IMG/VR virus record: IMGVR_UViG_2706794664_000015
Source of the DNA: a virus
Lineage: Duplodnaviria > Heunggongvirae > Uroviricota > Caudoviricetes
Length of the DNA: 34,883 nt
Direction: 5' to 3' (one strand)
Positions 28,244-34,883 of the stretch are shown in pieces; the first letter of the stretch is position 1; the number at the start of each line of letters is the position of its first letter. The translations under genes were made by a program, and so were the position numbers. Below the pieces are notes generated by a model that saw only the letters and a list, made by a program, of their open reading frames with translations, was not told where the DNA came from and did no database searches.

Positions 28244-29434
28244 ATGAGTGACTATCATCACGGCGTGCAGGTGCTGGAGATTAACGACGGCACCCGCGTC
28301 ATTTCCACCGTATCCACTGCCATTGTCGGCATGGTCTGCACGGCCAGCGATGCGGATGCGGAAACCTTCCCCCTCAATAAACCGGTGCTGATTACCAATG
28401 TGCAGAGCGCAATTGCAAAGGCCGGTAAAAAAGGCACGCTGGCGGCATCGTTGCAGGCCATCGCCGACCAGTCAAAACCGGTCACCGTTGTCGTGCGTGT
28501 GGAAGACGGCACCGGCGACGACGAGGAAACGAAACTCGCGCAGACCGTTTCCAATATCATCGGCACCACCGACGAAAACGGTCAGTACACCGGACTGAAA
28601 GCCCTGCTGGCGGCGGAGTCGGTAACCGGTGTTAAACCGCGTATTCTCGGCGTGCCGGGACTGGACACCAAAGAGGTGGCTGTTGCACTGGCATCAGTCT
28701 GTCAGAAGCTGCGCGCTTTCGGGTATATCAGCGCATGGGGCTGTAAGACCGTTTCCGAGGTGAAAGCCTACCGTCAGAATTTCAGCCAGCGTGAGCTGAT
28801 GGTCATCTGGCCGGATTTCCTCGCATGGGATACGGTCGCCAGTACCACCGCCACCGCGTATGCCACCGCCCGTGCGCTGGGTCTGCGCGCTAAAATCGAC
28901 CAGGAGCAGGGCTGGCATAAAACGCTGTCCAACGTCGGGGTGAACGGTGTTACCGGCATCAGCGCGTCCGTATTCTGGGATTTGCAGGAGTCCGGCACCG
29001 ATGCTGACCTGCTTAACGAGTCAGGCGTCACAACGCTGATTCGCCGTGACGGTTTCCGCTTCTGGGGTAACCGTACCTGCTCTGATGACCCGCTGTTCCT
29101 CTTTGAAAACTACACCCGCACCGCGCAGGTGCTGGCCGACACGATGGCTGAGGCGCACATGTGGGCGGTGGACAAGCCCATCACCGCAACGCTGATTCGC
29201 GACATCGTTGACGGCATCAATGCCAAATTCCGTGAGCTGAAAACAAACGGCTATATCGTGGATGCGACCTGCTGGTTCAGCGAAGAATCCAACGATGCGG
29301 AAACCCTCAAGGCCGGAAAACTGTATATCGACTACGACTATACCCCGGTGCCTCCTCTTGAAAACCTGACCCTGCGCCAGCGTATTACCGATAAATACCT
29401 GGCAAATCTGGTCACCTCGGTTAACAGCAATTAA
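28244..29434 (+). CDS. FI: Tail sheath protein (P2 gpFI-like)
   Basis: 396-aa ORF; conserved position and length. Confidence 0.9.
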   Translation: MSDYHHGVQVLEINDGTRVISTVSTAIVGMVCTASDADAETFPLNKPVLITNVQSAIAKAGKKGTLAASLQAIADQSKPVTVVVRVEDGTGDDEETKLAQTVSNIIGTTDENGQYTGLKALLAAESVTGVKPRILGVPGLDTKEVAVALASVCQKLRAFGYISAWGCKTVSEVKAYRQNFSQRELMVIWPDFLAWDTVASTTATAYATARALGLRAKIDQEQGWHKTLSNVGVNGVTGISASVFWDLQESGTDADLLNESGVTTLIRRDGFRFWGNRTCSDDPLFLFENYTRTAQVLADTMAEAHMWAVDKPITATLIRDIVDGINAKFRELKTNGYIVDATCWFSEESNDAETLKAGKLYIDYDYTPVPPLENLTLRQRITDKYLANLVTSVNSN

Positions 29435-29446
29435 GGAGCCTGACCG

Positions 29447-29965
29447 ATGGCAATGCCGCGCAAACTCAAGTTAATGAACGTCTTTCTGAACGGCTACAGC
29501 TATCAGGGCGTTGCAAAGTCCGTCACGCTGCCAAAACTGACCCGTAAACTCGAAAACTATCGCGGTGCGGGGATGAACGGAAGCGCACCGGTAGACCTCG
29601 GCCTTGATGACGATGCGCTGTCAATGGAGTGGTCGCTCGGGGGCTTCCCGGATTCGGTTATCTGGGAGCTTTACGCCGCAACCGGTGTGGATGCCGTGCC
29701 GATTCGTTTTGCAGGCTCTTACCAGCGTGACGATACCGGCGAAACGGTGGCCGTAGAGGTGGTCATGCGTGGCCGTCAGAAAGAAATCGACACCGGCGAG
29801 GGTAAACAGGGAGAAGACACCGAGTCGAAAATCTCCGTGGTCTGCACCTATTTCCGGCTGACGATGGACGGTAAGGAGCTGGTCGAAATCGACACCATCA
29901 ACATGATTGAGAAGGTGAACGGCGTCGACCGGCTGGAGCAACACCGCCGCAATATCGGCCTGTAA
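29447..29965 (+). CDS. FII: Tail tube protein (P2 gpFII-like)
   Basis: 172-aa ORF immediately after FI. Confidence 0.88.
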   Translation: MAMPRKLKLMNVFLNGYSYQGVAKSVTLPKLTRKLENYRGAGMNGSAPVDLGLDDDALSMEWSLGGFPDSVIWELYAATGVDAVPIRFAGSYQRDDTGETVAVEVVMRGRQKEIDTGEGKQGEDTESKISVVCTYFRLTMDGKELVEIDTINMIEKVNGVDRLEQHRRNIGL

Positions 29966-30021
29966 TTTTCATCCGGTCAGCCTGGCTGACCGGTTAACCC
30001 CGATTCAGAAGTGAGAAAACC

Positions 30022-30297
30022 ATGAACAAAGAAAATGTGATTACCCTGGACAATCCGGTCAAGCGTGGTGAGCAGGTTATCGAACAGGTCACGCTGATGA
30101 AACCCAGTGCGGGGACGCTGCGCGGTGTCAGTCTGGCTGCGGTCGCAAACTCAGAAGTCGATGCACTGATTAAGGTGCTGCCGCGCATGACGGCACCGAT
30201 GCTGACCGAGCAGGAAGTCGCCGCGCTGGAACTGCCTGACCTTGTGGCGCTGGCCGGTAAGGTGGTCGGTTTTTTGTCGCCGAACTCGGTGCAGTGA
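30022..30297 (+). CDS. E: Tail assembly chaperone (P2 gpE-like)
   Basis: 91-aa ORF upstream of the tape measure gene; contains slippery run GGTTTTTTG near its 3' end. Confidence 0.82.
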   Translation: MNKENVITLDNPVKRGEQVIEQVTLMKPSAGTLRGVSLAAVANSEVDALIKVLPRMTAPMLTEQEVAALELPDLVALAGKVVGFLSPNSVQ

Positions 30298-30449
30298 CGC
30301 TTCCGAAAAATCTGTCGGTCGATGACCTGATGGCGGATGTGGCAGTGATATTTCACTGGCCGCCATCAGAACTGTATCCCATGAGCCTGACCGAACTCAT
30401 CACATGGCGCGAAAAGGCGCTCAGGCGAAGCGGAAACACGAATGAGTAA
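30022..30449 (+). CDS. E: Tail assembly chaperone frameshift product (P2 gpE+E'-like, -1 frameshift)
   Basis: Six-T run plus G at 30270-30276; the -1 frame after it is open to TAA 30447-30449 and encodes ...FVAELGAVTLPKNLSVDDLMADVAVIFHWPPSELYPMSLTELITWREKALRRSGNTNE*; its stop overlaps the T start. Confidence 0.7.
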
Positions 30450-32926
30450 CAATGTAAAATTACAGGTATTGCTCAGGGCTGTTGACCAGGCGTCCCGCCC
30501 GTTTAAATCCATCCGCAGAGCGAGTAAGTTGCTGTCGGGGGATATCCGGGAAACACAAAAATCACTGCGCGAGCTGAACGGTCACGCATCCCGTATTGAG
30601 GGATTCCGCAAGACCAGTGCACAGCTCGCCGTGACTGGTCATGCACTTGAAAAGGCACGGCAGGAGGCCGAAGCCCTTGCCACACAGTTTAAAAACACCG
30701 AACGCCCGACCCGTGCTCAGGCGAAAGTGCTGGAATCCGCAAAGCGTGCGGCGGAGGACTTACAGGCGAAATATAACCGCCTGACAGATTCCGTTAAACG
30801 CCAGCAGCGGGAACTGGCCGCTGTGGGAATTAATACCCGCAATCTTGCACATGATGAGCAGGGACTGAAAAACCGTATCAGTGAAACCACCGCCCAGCTT
30901 AACCGGCAGCGTGACGCGCTGGCGCGTGTCAGTGCGCAACAGGCAAAACTTAACGCAGTCAAACAGCGTTATCAGGCCGGAAAGGAACTGGCCGGAAATA
31001 TGGCCTCAGTGGGCGCTGCCGGTGTGGGGATTGCTGCTGCGGGAACGATAGCCGGAGTTAAGCTGCTGATGCCAGGTTATGAGTTTGCGCAGAAAAACTC
31101 AGAATTGCAGGCTGTGCTCGGTGTGGCAAAAGACTCCGCCGAAATGGCTGCACTCCGCAAGCAGGCGCGCCAGCTCGGTGACAACACCGCCGCCTCAGCG
31201 GATGATGCGGCCGGTGCACAGATTATCATTGCGAAAGCGGGTGGGGATGTTGATGCCATTCAGGCGGCAACGCCGGTCACGCTGAATATGGCGCTGGCGA
31301 ACCGCCGCACAATGGAAGAAAACGCCGCCCTGCTGATGGGGATGAAATCCGCCTTTCAGCTTTCAAACGATAAGGTCGCTCATATCGGGGATGTTCTCTC
31401 CATGACGATGAACAAAACCGCCGCTGATTTTGACGGCNNNNNNNNNNNNNNNNNNNNNNNNNNNNNNNNNNNNNNNNNNNNNNNNNNNNNNNNNNNNNNN
31501 NNNNNNNNNNNNNNNNNNNNNNNNNNNNNNNNNNNNNNNNNNNNNNNNNNNNNNNNNNNNNNNNNNNNNNNNNNNNNNNNNNNNNNNNNNNNNNNNNNNN
31601 NNNNNNNNNNNNNNNNNNNNNNNNNNNNNNNNNNNNNNNNNNNNNNNNNNNNNNNNNNNNNNNNNNNNNNNNNNNNNNNNNNNNNNNNNNNNNNNNNNNN
31701 NNNNNNNNNNAGAAATGCAGGCCAGCTTTGAGAAAAACCGGCTCGGTACTGCCCAGCAGGCCGAATACATGAAAACCATTTTCGGGGAGGAGGCCAGCTC
31801 AGCCGCCGCTGTGCTGATGACTGCCGCGTCAACCGGAAAGCTGGACAAACTGACCGCTGCGTTTAAAGCCTCAGACGGGAAGACCGCAGAGCTGGTAAAT
31901 ATCATGCAGGACAACCTCGGCGGTGACTTTAAGGAGTTTCAGTCCGCTTATGAGGCGGTGGGGACAGACCTGTTTGACCAGCAGGAAGGCGCGCTACGTA
32001 AGCTCACGCAGACGGCCACAAAGTATGTGTTAAAACTCGACGGCTGGGTACAGAAAAACAAATCACTGGCGTCAACCATTGGCCTCATTGCCGGTGGCGC
32101 GCTGGCGCTGACTGGCATCATCGGTGCAATTGGTCTTGTAGCCTGGCCGGTTATCACCGGCATCAATGCCATCATCGCGGCAGCAGGCGCAATGGGGGCA
32201 ATCTTCACGACGGTTGGTAGTGCCGTTATGACGGCCATCGGGGCGATTAGCTGGCCGGTTGTGGCTGTGGTGGCCGCCATTGTCGCCGGGGCGTTGCTTA
32301 TCCGTAAATNNNNNNNNNNNNNNNNNNNNNNNNNNNNNNNNNNNNNNNNNNNNNNNNNNNNNNNNNNNNNNNNNNNNNNNNNNNNNNNNNNNNNNNNNNN
32401 NNNNNNNNNNNNNNNNNNNNNNNNNNNNNNNNNNNNNNNNNNNNNNNNNNNNNNNNNNNNNNNNNNNNNNNNNNNNNNNNNNNNNNNNNNNNNNNNNNNN
32501 NNNNNNNNNNNNNNNNNNNNNNNNNNNNNNNNNNNNNNNNNNNNNNNNNNNNNNNNNNNNNNNNNNNNNNTTAATGCGTTCAACAAATTGCGCAGCGGCA
32601 TTGACTGGGTACTGGAAAAGCTCGGGGTCATCAACAAAGAGTCAGACACACTTGACCAGACCGCCGCCAGAACTCATGCCGCCACGTATGGCACCGGTGA
32701 TTATATTCCGGCGACCAGCTCTTATGCAGGCTATCAGGCTTATCAGCCGGTCACGGCACCGGCTGGCCGCTCTTATGTGGACCAGAGTAAAAACGAATAT
32801 CACATCAGCCTGACGGGTGGTACTGCACCGGGGACACAGCTTGACCGCCAGTTACAGGATGCGCTCGAAAAATACGAGCGGGATAAACGTGCGCGCGCCC
32901 GTGCCAGCATGATGCATGACGGTTAA
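30442..32926 (+). CDS. T: Tail tape measure protein (P2 gpT-like)
   Basis: About 827 codons; coiled-coil-rich N-terminus, Gly/Ala-rich hydrophobic segment; interrupted by N-masks 31438-31710 and 32310-32570, with reading frame differing between unmasked segments. Confidence 0.85.
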
Positions 32927-32940
32927 GGAGGTGACGAAAA

Positions 32941-33420
32941 ATGATGCTCGCGTTAGGTATGTTTGTTTTTATGCGCCAGACGCTGCCACACCAGACCATG
33001 CAGCGTGAATCAGATTATCGCTGGCCGTCAAATTCCCGTATCGGTAAACGGGATGCCTATCAGTTTCTCGGTGTAGGTGAGGAGAACATCACACTTGCCG
33101 GTGTGCTTTATCCCGAACTGACTGGCGGAAAGCTGACGATGACCACGCTCAGACTGATGGCAGAGGAAGGCCGGGCGTGGCCGTTGCTGGATGGCACCGG
33201 CATGATTTACGGCATGTATGTCATCAGCAAGGTGAGTGAAACAGGGAGTATTTTCTTTGCAGACGGCACACCACGGAAAATTGATTTTACGCTGTCGCTC
33301 ACCCGCGTTGATGAGTCACTGGCCGCGCTTTATGGCGATATCGGTAAACAGGCGGAATCGCTCATCGGTAAGGCTGGCAGTATGGCGACTAAATTCACGG
33401 GTATGACGGGGGCGGGATAA
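32941..33420 (+). CDS. U: Tail protein (P2 gpU-like)
   Basis: 159-aa ORF; conserved position between T and D. Confidence 0.85.
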   Translation: MMLALGMFVFMRQTLPHQTMQRESDYRWPSNSRIGKRDAYQFLGVGEENITLAGVLYPELTGGKLTMTTLRLMAEEGRAWPLLDGTGMIYGMYVISKVSETGSIFFADGTPRKIDFTLSLTRVDESLAALYGDIGKQAESLIGKAGSMATKFTGMTGAG

Positions 33421-34583
33421 TGCTGGATGCGCTGACATTTGATGCAGGCAGTACGCTGACGCCGGATTACATGCTGATGCTCGACAGCAGGGATATTACC
33501 GGCAATATCAGCGACCGTCTGATGAGCATGACCCTGACGGATAACCGGGGCTTTGAGGCTGACCAGCTTGATATTGAACTGAACGATGCCGACGGGCAGG
33601 TCGGGCTGCCGGTTCGTGGCGCTGTCCTGACGGTGTATATCGGCTGGAAAGGTTTTGCCCTGGTATGCAAAGGGAAATTTACCGTTGATGAGGTTGAACA
33701 CCGGGGCGCGCCGGATGTGGTCACCATCCGCGCCCGGAGTGCAGATTTTCGCGGGACGCTCAATTCCCGCCGTGAAGGCTCATGGCATGACATTACGCTC
33801 GGTGCGATTGTTGAGGCGATAGCCTCCCGTAACAGGCTGGAAGCCAGTGTCGCTCCGTCACTGGCCGGAATAAAAATTCCACACATCGACCAGTCGCAGG
33901 AGTCTGATGCGAAATTCCTGACCCGTCTTGCTGAACGCAACGGCGGCGAGGTGTCGGTAAAAATGGGAAAACTGCTGTTTCTCAAAGCGGGGCAGGGGGT
34001 GACGGCCAGCGGTAAAAAAATCCCGCAGATTACCATCACCCGCAGCGACGGCGACCGTCATCATTTTGCGATTGCTGACCGTGGAGCTTACACCGGCGTA
34101 ACGGCAAAGTGGTTACACACCAAAGACCCGAAGCCGCAAAAGCAGAAGGTAAAACTGAAACGCAAAAAGAAAGAAAAACACCTGCGCGCACTGGAGCACC
34201 CGAAAGCGAAACCGGTCACGCAGAAGAAAGCGCCAAAAGTACCGGAAGCGCGCGAAGGTGAATACATGGCCGGTGAAGCTGACAACGTTTTTGCCCTGAC
34301 CACGGTATATGCCACAAAAGCGCAGGCCATGCGCGCCGCTCAGGCGAAGTGGGATAAACTGCAACGGGGTGTAGCGGAGTTCTCCATCAGCCTGGCTACC
34401 GGTCGTGCAGATATTTACACGGAAACACCGGTTAAAGTGTCAGGCTTTAAGCGCGTCATAGACGAGCAGGACTGGACCATCACTAAGGTGACACATTGTC
34501 TCAATAATAGCGGCTTCACGACGTCCTTGGAGCTTGAGGTAAGGCTTTCTGATGTGGAGTACGAAACAGAAGATGATGAGTGA
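33420..34583 (+). CDS. D: Tail protein (P2 gpD-like)
   Basis: 387-aa ORF overlapping the U stop; length matches gpD. Confidence 0.88.
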   Translation: MLDALTFDAGSTLTPDYMLMLDSRDITGNISDRLMSMTLTDNRGFEADQLDIELNDADGQVGLPVRGAVLTVYIGWKGFALVCKGKFTVDEVEHRGAPDVVTIRARSADFRGTLNSRREGSWHDITLGAIVEAIASRNRLEASVAPSLAGIKIPHIDQSQESDAKFLTRLAERNGGEVSVKMGKLLFLKAGQGVTASGKKIPQITITRSDGDRHHFAIADRGAYTGVTAKWLHTKDPKPQKQKVKLKRKKKEKHLRALEHPKAKPVTQKKAPKVPEAREGEYMAGEADNVFALTTVYATKAQAMRAAQAKWDKLQRGVAEFSISLATGRADIYTETPVKVSGFKRVIDEQDWTITKVTHCLNNSGFTTSLELEVRLSDVEYETEDDE

Positions 34584-34664
34584 CGTGGTTTATTTATCTG
34601 TTTGTTTTATAAGGATAAATTAACTAAAATGGCACCATCAACAAAACCGGAAGAGGTGCTCGCG

Positions 34665-34883
34665 ATGTTTCATTGTCCTTTATGCCAGCATGCCGCACAT
34701 GCGCGTACAAGTCGCTATATCACTGACACGACAAAAGAGCGTTATCACCAGTGCCAGAACGTGAATTGCAGCGCCACGTTCATCACTTATGAGTCGGTAC
34801 AGCGATACATCGTGAAGCCGGGAGAAGTCCACGCCGTAAGGCCGCACCCGTTGCCGTCAGGGCAGCAAATTATGTGGATGTGA
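34665..34883 (+). CDS. ogr: Late gene transcriptional activator Ogr (zinc finger)
   Basis: 72 aa from ATG 34665 (MFHCPLCQHAAHARTSRYITDTTKERYHQCQNVNCSATF...), Cys4 zinc-finger motif; AAGAGG RBS upstream; last gene before the expected attR. Confidence 0.9.
   Translation: MFHCPLCQHAAHARTSRYITDTTKERYHQCQNVNCSATFITYESVQRYIVKPGEVHAVRPHPLPSGQQIMWM

Noticed and set aside
34602-34883. 93-aa extended form of ogr
   Set aside because: It depends on a TTG start with no RBS; an ATG at 34665 preceded by AAGAGG gives the canonical 72-aa zinc-finger Ogr.

Overview
The window is an almost complete P2-like (Peduovirus-type) prophage of an enterobacterial host, running from the integrase stop codon (position 1) to the ogr stop codon (34883), in the order expected for an integrated P2 genome: int, C, cox, B, A, cargo slot, cos, Q, P, O, N, M, L, X, Y, K, lysA/B/C, R, S, V, W, J, I, H, G, cargo slot, FI, FII, E/E', T, U, D, ogr. 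Three features suggest the prophage is defective: an IS21-family element (istA/istB, 9240..11877, flanked by a 5-bp duplication) splits the portal gene Q, the replication gene A carries an apparent frameshift near its 3' end, and both cargo slots hold AT-rich foreign genes. The slot normally occupied by tin/old contains a C5-cytosine DNA methyltransferase convergent with a translationally coupled DUF262 (ParB/GmrS-like) plus HEPN-like gene pair. The slot normally occupied by Z/fun contains a 472-aa protein with no motif I can recognise. These two cargo loci are the best candidates for an undescribed anti-phage system. Ten blocks of N (about 250-290 nt each) mask parts of Q, P, N, M, L, S, V, W, I and T, so coordinates and frames inside them are approximate. 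Gene identities rest on my recollection of P2 protein sequences, motifs and synteny; no database search was run.
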